DNA of 59,365 nucleotides, filler included, from Sphacelaria rigidula (GCA_964200075.2; 9 parts of 9 records of this genome joined end to end with filler, not necessarily neighbours in it), one strand, 5' to 3'. Shown: positions 25,441 to 38,389, counted from the whole stretch's first letter. The notes: generated by a model from the letters alone, not told the origin. Made by a program: numbers and translations.

Positions 25441-25815
25441 AGAAGCATCGTTCCTACCCCTAGTAGAGACACCTCCAACACGTGGGTGCTCATCACGTCT
25501 CTTCCTTACACGACACAAAAACCTCTTGTACATCATATTCCCGTCCTGTTTCACCGTGTCTGGCCACCATCTATCTCCTAGTACAGCCATCGTTTTCTCT
25601 CTACTGTCTGATGCATCCAACGATTCCGTGCCGCCTTCGTCCACGTCCCGCATTTCCCCTCTAGCACGTCCCGTTCTTCCTTGTATAGTTCACATTCTGC
25701 AACTACATGAGTTCTGCCATCATCCGTGTTACGGGTGGAGGGGTTAGGCAGGCATGCGGGAAGCAAAGAAAACGCATGCGGAATGCAGATGGGTGTAGCG
25801 TGACATTATGCCGAG

Positions 25816-26190
25816 TCGCATGAAGGATGCGCTGCATCCTGCCAAGATTGTTCGGCCGAAAGAGTACTGATTATCTTGCATCCGAATGACAGCCTCCAAT
25901 GAGTTGCTTCATTTTCTGATATCGCCGCTTCCAGAGACAGCCACAGTTTACACACTGCCTCATGGGTGGCTCACTATCTGAGTACTGCGTACGTTGTATG
26001 ATCATCCCCTCTGCGCGGAGTCGAGGCTCTCCACCACGCACAGTATGCTCTAGCTCGACCAGCATTACGTCATCATGTTGACCGCAAAATAAAAAATAAA
26101 AGCAAGCGAGAAAAGAAATGGAAGCCTGTTCGCCTAGCTTACGCAGTGAGTGGCGTGTTCTACAGTGTCGTTACCAACCGACGCCAACCC
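25816..26190 (+). mobile_element. Dispersed non-coding repeat (family B)
   Basis: Colinear similarity to 44923-45336 (reverse strand) and 39645-39849. Shared blocks include TGATTATCTTGCA, TTCCAGAGACAGCC and GTGAGTGGCGT. Confidence 0.7.
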
Positions 26191-26330
26191 TTGAAGGGGG
26201 CAACAGGGAGCGATACATACATGTGTGTGTGTGGGGGGGGGGGGGGGGGGGGGTCCCCTTCCCTTTTCCCGTCTCTGCGGTTCCTCGTTACACATCCGCC
26301 CCGTGTACATGCCTTGGCACCGCGGGTGAG

Positions 26331-26430
26331 NNNNNNNNNNNNNNNNNNNNNNNNNNNNNNNNNNNNNNNNNNNNTTAATTAATTAANNNNNNNNNNNNNN
26401 NNNNNNNNNNNNNNNNNNNNNNNNNNNNNN
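26331..26430. other. Artificial contig linker
   Basis: N44-TTAATTAATTAA-N44. Confidence 0.98.
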
Positions 26431-28316
26431 CCGTCCTGGCTTTGTAGGTATGCGAGGCCAATGGTCTGATGACTACGGCATGCATGATCATGAGTACACC
26501 AACCATCTCCGTGGAACGGGGGTGTTATGCGACGTCTGAGCTATTTGCGGCCGGACAACCAAGAATCTGAGCACGTGAACGGTACCAATATAATACCTAC
26601 GCTCTACCCTACTCAACTAGTGTCGCCTTTGTCTCGCTTCACGGGACTGCAGACACCCTGGCGAAGATATCGTTTCATTCTCTCCCTGAACATGCACTGG
26701 GATATAATCTACCGCCAGGGCTTGCTTAACACGAATAGCGAAGCTCCTGAACACGCGAGCGTACGCTGGAATGCATGCACCCTACTTACTTGCTGATTCG
26801 AGACCACTCTTTTCCCCGTCCTCTATCATGAGACGAGAATATATCCTTCCCAAACACCCTCACCTGGAGCGTGTTATTTGACGTATTGTCCGTTAGCGGG
26901 CGGACGATATGATGCTTGTGAACGCGTTACAGGTATCGTCAAAACATCGACACTCTCACGATGTACCCCGGGGATAGTCAGGAGCACTAGCGTTCTATTG
27001 CGACAGGAAAAAACAATGGATAAAACCCCTGGGGACGGCTACGTTCCCATCCCTGGAAAAATCATCGGCCCAACGTCCACATGAAACATGAATGTACTGA
27101 GGATGTTTTCTATGTTATCGTATGTGCCATGCAGGAAAACAGTTTTGATGAGGTATTGAGTCTAATGAAACGGCCGACAAAAGATGTGGAGTAACACTAG
27201 CCCGCAGGTTATTCTAATTTCAAAAGAATTGGTGAGGGCCCGTGGGTTGATGTGCTTAAACCTTCACTCGGCGTCTACCCCGACTGACGACGCCCGATTC
27301 GGCCGCAAGTTACTTCTATCCTCTCTCATGCAACGGGTCATAGATTCAATTTCCGGGTCACCTTTTCTGATTACCTACCTGCATTACCCCGAACAGGCAG
27401 TGCGGGCTTTTCAATATTCTTGTCGAAAAGGCACCTCGGGTTGTTGTCGAAAAGGAACCTCGGGTTTGGCGTCTCTACCCAATATCCAGTCATATAATGT
27501 ATTTATTCTCAATTCAAGTAAGAATCGGGCGAGGGAGACTTTGGCCCGGGATTGCCGTTGACATACCCTACTGCAGTGTGTATGGCCGTGATGTTTCATC
27601 GCACCGGGTGTACAATAGTTTCGAAATGAAGGAGGGAATTTTTGTAATTGTTTTGTAGTTGGCGATTTCACATAGTGTTTCCGCGTGCCACTGTTCATTC
27701 CAGAGAACTTCTGATTCCAAAGTTTGAGGATCGGGAGATACTGGGCATCTGTTCCACATTCCGGAACAAAAATCCTCTCTGTACTCAATATTGAACGACT
27801 TTTGGGCTGACTTTTCTCTCCCCGTTGAATTCGGGGGAGCTACTTCTCACCGGTTTTCGTCACGTCTCTCTTCTTATTTTTATTTTTGGTAATGCCTCTC
27901 GTAAGGAATAGCAGGAAATGGTATTGGAAAGGCGAGCCTACGTCTGTGACCACAGGTTCGCGAGATCGGACTCATGTGCGGAAATAATGATACTAATAAT
28001 TTGGCTGACTGGTCCCCGGGAGTCCTGCGCTACCCAGCCCCAGGTTCTGACCCGTGGGTATTTTTGCTCGATCGAAGCAATCACGATCGTTTTCGTGAGC
28101 AAACGTTTTTTTTCCTTCGTTCCTACCTATTCATTACGGTACAGTCGAGCAACTGTGTTTTTTGGATCAATGGCGGTCGAGAATACCCCCTGATAAACGA
28201 GTTTCTCACTCCGTATCACCCCGATAACATCAACTCGAGGATTGTGCCCTGAGCACCACCTGCTTCTTGGCCCACTGTTTATCGACGTTGGGACTTTCGA
28301 GTGCTAATAAAGCATA

Positions 28317-29158
28317 CAAGGGCAGGTCAAGTAGAGTATATACTTTTGAGTACTCGAGGAAAAGACACGAGTATTTACTCTACTGAAATTTTGAGTAGGT
28401 CGAGTACGACCTCCACTATTCTACTCAAATATTGAGTAAGCACTCTCAGTAATACTTGAGTATCGAGTGTCAATTGGGTATGGCCTCAATACTCCACTCA
28501 AAGTTTGAGTAGGTCGAGTACGGTCTCAAATACTCTACTCAAATATTGAGTGAGCACTCTCAGTAATACTCGAGTATAGTGTATCACTTGGTTATGATAA
28601 GCAACCGTGACCATCGGCGACTTCGTGACGTCACTTCACGGATTATGTTGCATACGTGGGCGAACGATGGCCATCCATCAGATGAGTGGCGGTACGTCAC
28701 GGGCTACAGGGAGTATGAGAGAATGATGGCCTTCAAAAAACTAAAAATGTATGCACGTGAATGAACCTACCTGCTCCAGCTCACCTTTCAACCCCTTCGA
28801 TATCACTTTAAGTACAGAGCGCTACTCATCATCATTTAGTAATCGAGTAGACCGGGTGGCGGGTGGGTATTATCAGAATGAGCGACTCTACTGGCCGCAC
28901 ATATGACTCCTCCATGGGAGAGTCAGCGGTAGTACATCGGGTCCGGCCTTACATACTCAACTCAACTTTCGGGTGTATTGGGTATGACCTAAAATACTCT
29001 ACTCAAATTGGAGTAGGTCGAGTACGGCCTCAAATACTCAACTCAATTTTTTAGTAGATTAAGTACGGCCTCAAATACTCTACTTAAAATTTGAGAGCTA
29101 AAAGTATGACTCTTCGAAAATACGGAGTATTGAGTATGCTCTACTCGACCTGCCCTTG
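28317..29158. mobile_element. Non-autonomous hAT-like TIR element with subterminal repeats
   Basis: Termini CAAGGGCAGGTCAAGTAGAG / CTCTACTCGACCTGCCCTTG. Flanks AAAGCATA (28309-28316) and GAAGCATA (29159-29166) give an 8-bp TSD with one mismatch. Repeated GAGTAGGTCGAGTACG...TACTCTACTCAAA units lie inside both ends. Confidence 0.75.
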
Positions 29159-29461
29159 GAAGCATATTATAGGAGAAAATTTAGAAAATACTCAACTACG
29201 AAAAGTGCCCAACCGAGCTCTGTATATCACAGGGGGGAGTGACCCAAACCCGATCGCTCCCATGAATAGTTTTATACACCCATATTTTTTATTTTTACTT
29301 ACTCATGGCGCTAGAGCCGAAAAGAAAGGTATTTTGGCCCAAAAACGGTCAATAGCACCCCCTTTTAAATCAGCCCGCAAGTCGTTCAATGTTAAGCGCA
29401 TGGATGATTTGTTCCGGAATGTGCAGCGGATGCGTAATATCTTCCCATCCCCAAACTTCGG

Positions 29462-29528
29462 TCCGTCTCGAAAGGGATGCGTGGTCAATGGTCAAATGAC
29501 TAAGGCAAGCAACAAATGAGCACGCCCC
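29462..29528 (+). mobile_element. Family A SINE-like insertion with a 13-bp target site duplication
   Basis: CCCCAAACTTCGG at 29449-29461 and 29529-29541 flanks TCCGTCTCGAAAGGGATGCGTGGTCAATGGTCAAATGACTAAGGCAAGCAACAAATGAGCACGCCCC. Confidence 0.8.
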
Positions 29529-32500
29529 CCCCAAACTTCGGATCACATATTCCCTGAGACGACCGGTGACACGCCGGAAAACTATTGAAAATCGCCGATT
29601 ACGAAAATTTTTCTAATGTCTCCTGGTTCAACTCGAAACTACTGTATCGTTGCGTACCGTGCTCGCATAAATACTTTAAAGTTTGAAGTGAGTATCGGAT
29701 TTTTGCTCTACTGCAGCGCAGGCCACCGTCGGCATCCAAAAAACGTCGTGTTTCATGAATGAGACTTTGCCTAATGTTCGAAACCTACACATGCATAGAC
29801 TTTGTGATCATGATTTTTTTTTTCGTTCCCAAGTCAGCCTACACCGGGCACCTGCAGAGAGACCACCTTGGTGTTCGAAGTATACGTCTCAGCGTATGAT
29901 GATTCTCGTTTTATCTAGAGCTGGCCCCTGCTAGTTGGTGGATCGACTCAGACTTGTGTACCCGTTCCGTCCGCTTTTGGTGTCGTTTGTTCATTATGCG
30001 GGCTTGACCAATTCTGTGGTGATGTGCTCGGCAATGCAACCTGCAGCCTTCGGCACTTCTCGTCCCTATTCTTGTGTTCTTTTGCCGGGTGCGCTATGCA
30101 TTTGTGCTCAGAAGACTGGTTGCGGCGTTGTGGCGGGGGCCCCAAACTAACGCTTCACACCGTATCATTATCTGAGGTCGAATCGCCACACGACGAAGAG
30201 CCCGCACACTATATGCTCTGGATTATGCAGCCCTTCGAGAAAATGTGTAACTTCTACTCATCATCCAGAGGTCGGACGTCAGTTCCTGAGCACACCGCAT
30301 TTTCCTCTCTTTTCACTGTTGTTAACCGCGTGCATCCCACCCCCACTCGCACCCACCCCGAATCGTAATGTCAATTCTGGGCGAGTGCAGTGGACGATAT
30401 AACGACCGGAGGCTCCATCCAGCCGGGGTTTGAATTTTCACCGGGTTTCGGTGAAGTGAGGAGAAGCCGCCACCACAGCAGAAGGGATGGCGGGAAACTG
30501 CGCATTCGGTTAGCATCCTTGTGTTGATCTCCAGTATGTACCTCTTATTTTACGACCCAATTCAAGTCCCCCTGGGTTAGGCTCGCTACTGTTTATGCAT
30601 GGCGTTGAAATTAAGTATTTTTGTGGCTTGACGCATTTTTTTTTTTTTTTCACACAGAGAGGGATGGGAAACAGAGGTTGGTCTTGTTCGGAGCTGGTAA
30701 GGTTTTAGAGTAGGCTGTGTACAGAGGGTAGGGTTTGGTATTTTGTGTCTGGAGTAAGCGTTTCAATTTTCGCTCTGGCCACTGAAACCCGCCTTGCGAC
30801 AAGCGGCAGTGAGGGTACTGCAGTAGCACGTGTGTTTGTGGGGAGGTTTTGTCTTTATCGTCCGGTTGTCCTTGTAGTCAGTCCCCAGGGGGATGATCTC
30901 TGTGCTGCGGGCTGTGATTTTGGTTCGCCCTGACTGGCTGACTCTGAGCGAGTGTTTGTCGAGGGTTCCCTGCGTTTTCGCGCAACAATCATGTACCGTT
31001 CGAAAAACGTGGTTTCAATTGGTCGGCGTGGTGTGGGTTTTGATCAAGTAAAAGGTATTGCTTTTGTTTCCCCCAACATTCAGCCACAGGATGTTCGGGG
31101 AACGACAGAACATTTGATTCGCTGGAATACTCTCCGTTCTATTCTGCGTTACCACGCGACGCTGATATCGCTTTCTGGTGAGGATGGTACACATTTATAA
31201 CATGATGTTGAGCGGCTTTGTTTGGGCTTATTTACGTTTCAGCTGGCGCTTTGTAGTTGAAGAGTCGTGTCTCATGTGTCCACACGTCCACACAACCACA
31301 TGCGTGTATCTGTATTTCACACGGGGAGTGGCATATGCCTCGTCCAGGCACAACACTGAGGTTTTTTTCCCATGTGCCCAAGTTCGGCGCGTGCGCCGGG
31401 GGGGGGGGGGGGGGGGGGGGGGGCTGGAAATAGTCCGAGTAATCAGGCTTTGAAATGTAGTCAGACTTGACGAAATATGGTTGGTTCACGTGTTGAAGTA
31501 GGCGGGGATGATCACTGTTTTCGAGAGATGAGTACGAGTCGCCCGCGAGTTAGAAGTATTTGAAGTGTGATACAGTATCATGATTTAAAAATACCAGTGA
31601 GGCGGATGGTCTTTGAAGTCACCACCTGGAGACCGCGCCGCACGCTGTAGGGCGAGATGTGGAAAAAACCAGCTTACTGAACTGGCTGTTCGTGTGCAGT
31701 ACACCATTCGGGCAGCAAATGCAGCTGTCTGAGAAGGCCTTCAGACTGCTTTGTTTTTTTTCCATTTATTTGCGACAGTGGAAGGCCTAGAAAGGGGCTG
31801 AGGGGGGCGAGGGAGAGGTACCCCACCCCTTGTTGCACACGAGAAAATTTCCGAGATATGCGGTGTCGTGAGCAGGTTCACGGTTTTGCACAAATGGCCG
31901 ACAAAAACCATAGACGGAGCGGCTTACTTTATTACTTTGCCGTGATGTGGTGCATCGCATGCTCACCGTATGTACAAAATCATGTCACGATAAAATATGT
32001 ATAAAATAAAGAGATACAAGAGCCTTTGATAAGAAGTACATGGGCTGTGCAACGGCGCAGTCAGGGTTAATATTCAACAGCTAACTTCTGAGTGGGTGAT
32101 CATCCTGATACCTATATGGTCATGGCACTGTACCGGGGTGCAAAGTTTTGCGTACAGTAGTGTGGTGAGTTTCATGCAGACTAGGGTGATTTTATTCCAA
32201 TGCCTTGTGAACGAGACAAATTTGAGGTTTTCACTCTTGACTCATCAGGGGTCTTATGAGCGGGTGTGTTTCTCACCCAAAAGCAATGATTTCGGGAAAA
32301 AGTCATCCTCTACAGTACGAAAACTGGAGAATGTGAGAGCAGACTTCGAACTTCTTGAATATAGCGTACACTCATTGTGTGGTGACGAACTGCGTATAAC
32401 GTACACTCATTGTGCCAAATTGTGATGGATATCCGAATCAGCAGGTTGCCTGTCATATGTCTTGCCTATACGGCAGTTAGGTGGCGGCATATACTACAGC

Positions 32501-32641
32501 ACACCATGCAGAACATAGAGTGCGCGGTGATATTCAATGATGCACCGTGTACCACAAACGGAAAACACGGCATTCAATCGTACTGATACACGTATACGTA
32601 GTACTTCGTATATATATAAAACATGCATACTCAGTTGTATA

Positions 32642-32768
32642 TGCCCTTTTTCGTGTAGATGTTTTGTTTGCCTTCCTCTACGGGCTGCTTGATTCATGGG
32701 CATGGGTGGTATGCTCCTTCCTCTCTAAGACGACGGGTTCGAGAGATCGAGCTAATGCGACGAACATA
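32642..32768 (+). repeat. Dispersed repeat (family D); second copy at 33831-33961 on the minus strand of another contig
   Basis: Shared GCCTTCCTCT...GGGTGGTATGCTCCTT...CGGGTTCGAGAGATCGAGCT...GACGAACATA. Confidence 0.7.
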
Positions 32769-32937
32769 TTAATAGTAATAATTGTGAGTGATCGGTGGTT
32801 CTGTATCCGATCGAAAATAGCACCCTTAGTCGAGAGTGACCCAAAAAAACCCTCGGAGGCCCTATGTACTCCCCCCCCCATTGGTACCCCCCCCCCCCAG
32901 CCCCCCCCACCCCCGCCCCCCCCCACCGCGCCCGACC

Positions 32938-33037
32938 NNNNNNNNNNNNNNNNNNNNNNNNNNNNNNNNNNNNNNNNNNNNTTAATTAATTAANNNNNNN
33001 NNNNNNNNNNNNNNNNNNNNNNNNNNNNNNNNNNNNN
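32938..33037. other. Artificial contig linker
   Basis: N44-TTAATTAATTAA-N44. Confidence 0.98.
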
Positions 33038-33218
33038 ATCACCATGCTTTCGCTGCCGTGCGCAGAAACTTCTCGGTTAGCGGCACATGGGCGCAACTAG
33101 TTGCGAGTCCCGAGCATTTTGAACAAAAAAAATGGAATTTCGATTGTCCATTGAACCTCATAAAAATGTTTAATCTCAATAACGATTCCAGGCTTTTAGT
33201 ACCTACCGTACCCGCTCA

Positions 33219-33659
33219 AAACAGCCGATTATCGAAACTGAGGATGAACCTTTTCATTGAAGATGAGAACCCGGAAGATTAAATCTTCGTATCCACACCA
33301 AATCTTCGACATATGATTCCATTCCTTCACCAACTGGTAGGTATGGACAACTACTACACGCCCTACAAATTTGGATTTCGATAATCGAAATGTTGGGCCT
33401 AGGTGTAAAACCAATCTTAGGGAATTTCGGCGATCCGACCGAATATCCAAATTCTCCCTTTCGTTTCTTCATCTAGGACCCCAACATTTCGGTCATCAAA
33501 ATCAAAATTTGTAGGGCGTGTAGCAGTTGTCAATAGCTACCATTAGGTCAAAGAATGGAGCCATATTTCGAAGATTCGGTGTGGATACGAAGATTTTAAT
33601 CCTGCGGGTTCTCATCCTCAACAATAAGCTCCATTCTCCTTTTCGATGATCGGCTGTTT
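33219..33659. mobile_element. Foldback/MITE-like element with ~185-bp imperfect arms
   Basis: AAACAGCCGATTATCGAAA...AAATCTTCGTATCCACACC...CTACACGCCCTACAAATTT pairs with AAATTTGTAGGGCGTGTAG...GGTGTGGATACGAAGATTT...TTTCGATGATCGGCTGTTT. Confidence 0.7.
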
Positions 33660-33715
33660 CAATCAGGTATTGTCAACACTCATACCCACGATACCCACGC
33701 ATACCACGGGGTTGA

Positions 33716-33768
33716 ATACCCCGGTAAATACCTGGGGTACGCTCGGTACGGTACCTTACCTACGGTTC
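33716..33768 (+). repeat. TACCC/GGGTA-rich dispersed repeat (family C); reverse copy at ~59311-59359
   Basis: CCGGTAAATACCTGGGGTACGCTCGGTACGGTACCTTACCTACGG is the near reverse complement of CCGTAGATAAGGTACCGTACCGAGCGTACCCCCGGTATTTACCGG. Confidence 0.7.
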
Positions 33769-35519
33769 CCGAGTATATTTCATGAGTCGTGTTTTGGATG
33801 AGATAAAGGGCTCCTAACAATTCCCATTCTTATGTTCGTCACATCAGCTCGATCTCTCGAACCCGTGGTCACAGAGTGCAAGGAGCATACCACCCACACC
33901 CATAAATCAAACAGCTCGCAGAGGAAGGCAAGAAACAAACCATCTGCACGAAAAAAGGGCACCTAAACCACGATAGATTCGTAGAAGACCGATTGAACAT
34001 CAGGCGCTGTATGGCCATTTTTTTCGTCACACTTTAAGCTGATTTTCGGGGGGGGCTATCGTAGAAAGTGTCTCTCACTACTTGAGACAAATCATACGGC
34101 CTCGGAATCTTCGCTTGAGATTTGAAAGTTCGGACCTGAACTTTTTGAGGAAGTTGACAAGATTTTCGTGAGTTCGATTGAGAGTCAGTTTTGAACCCCT
34201 CTTTAGAATTGGTATCATATCCACTTGGAGATCACGGCGTGACCCTGATCCCTAACCTTGAGGGCCCGAGGGTTGAGATTCCGGCGAGTTAGTCGTTGGA
34301 CGCATGTTCCTGAAGCAAACAAACGCCGATATGCGATTGATTGGAATGACAGTTACAACGGTAGTTGTGCACAAATATTTTCTGAGGTAAGAACTAACCC
34401 TTCCTTCCCCGTTCTCCGACGAAGGCAGTGACCGGTCTTGTCGGTACGGCGTGGGAAGGGTATTTCGGCGGATGTAGGGCCCCGGAATCACCTTCAAGGA
34501 GCGATTCCTTCTCACTACTACCCTTGGCCAAGGCTGTGGTGTGGTGCTAGAGTTGGGTCAGTACGGTGCTCATCAGACACACCCACCCCTGTTGCAGTGC
34601 AGCGGTATAATATGCCACACCCTGAGTGCGGGCATGTTGAGATACGGTGGGTGCGCCGATGCAGATTGCACCGCTGTCGAAAGCAGGCACGCACACCCTT
34701 GATACAAAGAAGCGTGTGCCGGTGTGTAGACTGGTTTCAGCAACAAAGATATAGAGGAGGAGCGGTCGTCGACGGATTGGTTAGGTCTGGTTGGGCCTCC
34801 TGTACGAAACACTTACTACAGACCAGCACCAGAGTGCACCACGAAGGAGGAAGTGTTTCATCACGAAAGGAAGCAGAGGGGACACTGTTTGGGATCATGG
34901 ACACCGACAGGGATGGGCGGTTGGGATGGCCATGGACGCTGGTGAGGATAGACGAGAGCGTCAGGAGGTCAACTTCGAAGAGGATCTTGCAGCGGAGGAG
35001 AGCAGAGCTGGCGGCTAATTCCGTTGAGGGCGGAATATTATTCCTCTGTTGGGTTTTGATATTCGTTGGTTGTGGATGCTACATACATATGGTACAAGAA
35101 CATGTACGAGCATCTGTACGAGCATCATGAGGAGGTGCTACAATTTTTCATCCCGGCGGACTCGTCATTTCACTTCGGGCTGCATTATGGAGACGGCTAC
35201 TCTTCAGGGCTTTTGGGGGCTGCTGTTACACATGGCCGTGGTGTCTATCCATGCTGCTGTGGTGTCTTCGCCACACGGCTGTGTGGTAGTTCTGTGCGGT
35301 TGCTCGTCGCTGCCGCGCCGCTGCTGTGTGCTCCTGCTGCCCGCCGCACGGCTGTGCTATTGTTCTGTGCTATTGCTCGCGCTGCCGTACCGCCGTTGCG
35401 CTGTTGTTTGTTGGAGCCGTGCCGGTGTTGCGTTGCCCTTATTGTGGTGCTGCTGCTGCTCGACGCACTGGTGTGCTGTTGCTGCCTGCCGTCGTTGTAT
35501 TTCGTACGCGCGGCTGTGT

Positions 35520-35654
35520 CGTCGTTACTGTTGCTGCATGCTTCTGCTGCCTTCGTTGTTGTTGTTGTTATTGCTCTTGCTGTCGTTATTGTCCTTTGTT
35601 TCTCTTGTTGCTCTTGTTGCTGTTGCTCTTGTTGTCGTTGTTGTCCGTTGTTTC

Positions 35655-35688
<34 letters not shown>

Positions 35689-35718
35689 AATGTTGTTGTT
35701 TTTGTTGTTGTTGTTATT

Positions 35719-35778
<60 letters not shown>

Positions 35779-35960
35779 GCTGCTGCTGCTGTCTGCTCCT
35801 GCTGCTGCTCCTGCTGCTGCTGCTCCTGCCTGCTGCGGCTATGCTGTTCCTGCTGCTGCTTGCTGTGTTGTTCTTGTTGCTGCTGCTGCTATCGTTGCTA
35901 TTGCTGCTGCTGCTGCTGTTTCCACCGTGCTTTCCACTACCCTGGTTTGCTGTTGTTGTC
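35520..35960. repeat. Compound (GTT)n/(GCT)n trinucleotide array
   Basis: Long near-perfect GTT run at ~35655-35780 grading into GCT repeats, with degenerate flanks. Confidence 0.95.
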
Positions 35961-36457
35961 CCGCTTATTGTGTTGCTATTTTTGCCTCTACCGCCTCCTG
36001 TCGGCTGTACTTTACTTCCTTGCTATCGCATCCCATGTTGTCATATGTGCGCGTATTTTCCGCCCTCATGTTCCCATCATTTTGTACCTTGCTTTGATTT
36101 GAACGCACAGCTTTCGTCACGATCGCCTGCATTGTATCACCTTCGCCTGACCTACACCTGTGCGCCCATAACATCACCGCTGTTCCAGGCATTCTCCATA
36201 TAATTTCAGTATTTTTGTTTCATATTGAAGTAGAACAATCAACCCACCAATATCAGTATGTACTTCGTTTCCGGGGTTGCATTATTATTGTTGCCATGGG
36301 GATTTGTGGAATGCACATGCAGTAAAGCTTCCAATTTATTTCAATCTTCTTTACTTTTCTTTCATCTTACATACTCATATTGTCTGCATCTCCGGGTGTC
36401 GTGTCTACCGTACTGTCTTTTGAGCCAGTCGATTGTATTTTAAGTGCTTCATAATTT

Positions 36458-36616
36458 TTGCGCCGCCGTCGTCTTGATCTTTCGAGCTGCACTATTTTTC
36501 ATTTCATGTTCTGGAAATTTTGTATTTTATTTCGATTGTCTTATCACTTGCGCCGCCGTCGTCTTGCTCTGTAGAGCCGCACTATTTTTCATTTCATATT
36601 CTGGTAATTGTGTATT
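36458..36616. repeat. Tandem duplication, 90-bp period
   Basis: TTGCGCCGCCGTCGTCTTG...GCACTATTTTTCATTTCAT..TCTGG occurs at 36458 and 36548. Confidence 0.8.
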
Positions 36617-37551
36617 GTGTTCGGCGCTCGTGATGTTTTCTTTGACCGTGTGGGTGTAGGCTATCCGCAGGGCCCTGTCTGTTGCGCTGCCTGTATTCAT
36701 CATGCTTGAGCAGGGTTCCGCTTCTAATCGTTTTATCTATCTGGTTCGAAATGCCGACACGCCGAATTTACCGCCCGGCGCAGGACATTTCGATCTGCGT
36801 CACGTGGTAGAAAACCGACCCATATTTTCATGTACCCCAAGACTTCCAACGTATACTAACCATGCCCTCTATTTCTTCCGCCCTTGTTTCACCTACACTC
36901 TTGTCCTGGATGTGTCGCATCCCGATGAGGGAACCGGTGCTAAACGTCATTGCGTTGGGGAGGACACGCAGGAAACACTGAACGATTTGCCAATGACGGT
37001 ATGTTCCCGCGTGGAGTGTCTGCAATTGGGTTTGTTCAACCAATCCCGGGTATATTTCTATAGCATTCTGGTAGTAGGGTTATTACCTTGGTGCTACTAA
37101 ACAGGATCCCCATTTTATCCCACACTGGTAATCGATTGTATGGTTTGCTATTCACCAGGTTGACGTCTTGACGCACCCTGTACCGTAGTTGGATACTACC
37201 TTGTTCCTTCGCGGTACCGCAGTTGGATACTACATTGTTCAGTTGCTTCAAACTTGGTTTTCGATATCACACTGCCACTCATCTTCTCGTGCATTGCCTT
37301 GTCATTACTTATTCAGTACGCAGACGCACGTAGTTCCCTATTTTGCGTTTCTGCCCTTCATGCCCAGCGTACCATGCAAGTTGACTGCGCGACTATATAT
37401 CTTGTCTTTGACGGTTCTCTCAGGCCCTACATGTAGTTTTTAGACATTTATTTCGCTGATGTGGTAGCTGAACCCCCTCGGGGGGGGTGAAGTACGAGTT
37501 CCTACTGTCTCGATGCTTCCTGTACAGCGTGCACACCCTTTGCCACCAAAC

Positions 37552-37608
37552 AACGCGGCCTCCTACCATAACGCGGCCTCCTACCATAACGCGGCCTCCT
37601 ACCATAAC
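37552..37608. repeat. 18-bp minisatellite, three copies
   Basis: (AACGCGGCCTCCTACCAT)3. Confidence 0.9.
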
Positions 37609-38389
37609 ACCGCATGATCAGAGAAGAAATTCACAAGCTTCTTGACCGAGGTGTTGCTCGCCCAACTTGCCCCGGCAACGTTTGTCGCATACACGGTTTT
37701 ATACCACAATGCGGTCTCCTAATAATTGCTTAGCTAGGATATGGCACACGGACTTGGGACCCGCCTAACAACCATCAATATACAGCTCATGCATGTGAGG
37801 TCATGTTTCTTGTCAGTTCTGTGCTTTGTCTCTGTGTATTTAGTACATCGTATCTCATTATTATATTCTATTGAGCATGCCTTGTTTATTTCATTTCCTC
37901 CATGATTATGTCTATCTACAGTTCTACAGGATTCGATGAATCGGGGGCACGACTGCTGAAATGTTCACGGCACTGTACAAATCTTGGCCTCAGAAATAGA
38001 GAGAGTATATTTCACGCACACTCTTGGGCAATCGCACCCCACCGACGACCCGACGCCATGCTACCGTCTGACACGTTTTCCTTCGAGCTCTGGACTGGCC
38101 ATGAGCATTACACACGTACTACAGCTGTCTCAAAAGTAAAAAGTCCCTTCCAAATCCGTCCACCCCATCTAGAACAGTCCATAGCTGAAGTGTTTGCGTC
38201 CCACATTGGGGGGATCGAACTAGAGAATGAGACCCACATTCCACCTGACCCCTGAATTTGCCACCGTATTGGATTGCATGGCCTGAAGTTGTCACCGTGT
38301 TGAATTGTCGAGAAGTCTACGTTGTTTCAGGCACTGACGGGTGGGGAAAAGGGGAAGACTTCAAGGGGGGGAGGGCATACTCATTTTTT

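Noticed and set aside
28317..29158. CRISPR-like appearance of recurring ~37-bp units
   Set aside because: Units are degenerate, irregularly spaced and bounded by TIRs and a TSD. There are no unique constant-length spacers or cas genes, and the context is eukaryotic.
34438..35240. 230-aa ORF and adjacent coding-like peptides
   Set aside because: No recognisable domain or consistent splice structure.
35049..36203. ORFs of 120-343 aa rich in Leu, Val and Cys
   Set aside because: Produced by the GTT/GCT microsatellite; no domain content.
36700..37450. Possible decayed retroelement coding sequence on the minus strand
   Set aside because: No RT, RNase H or integrase motif could be read with confidence.
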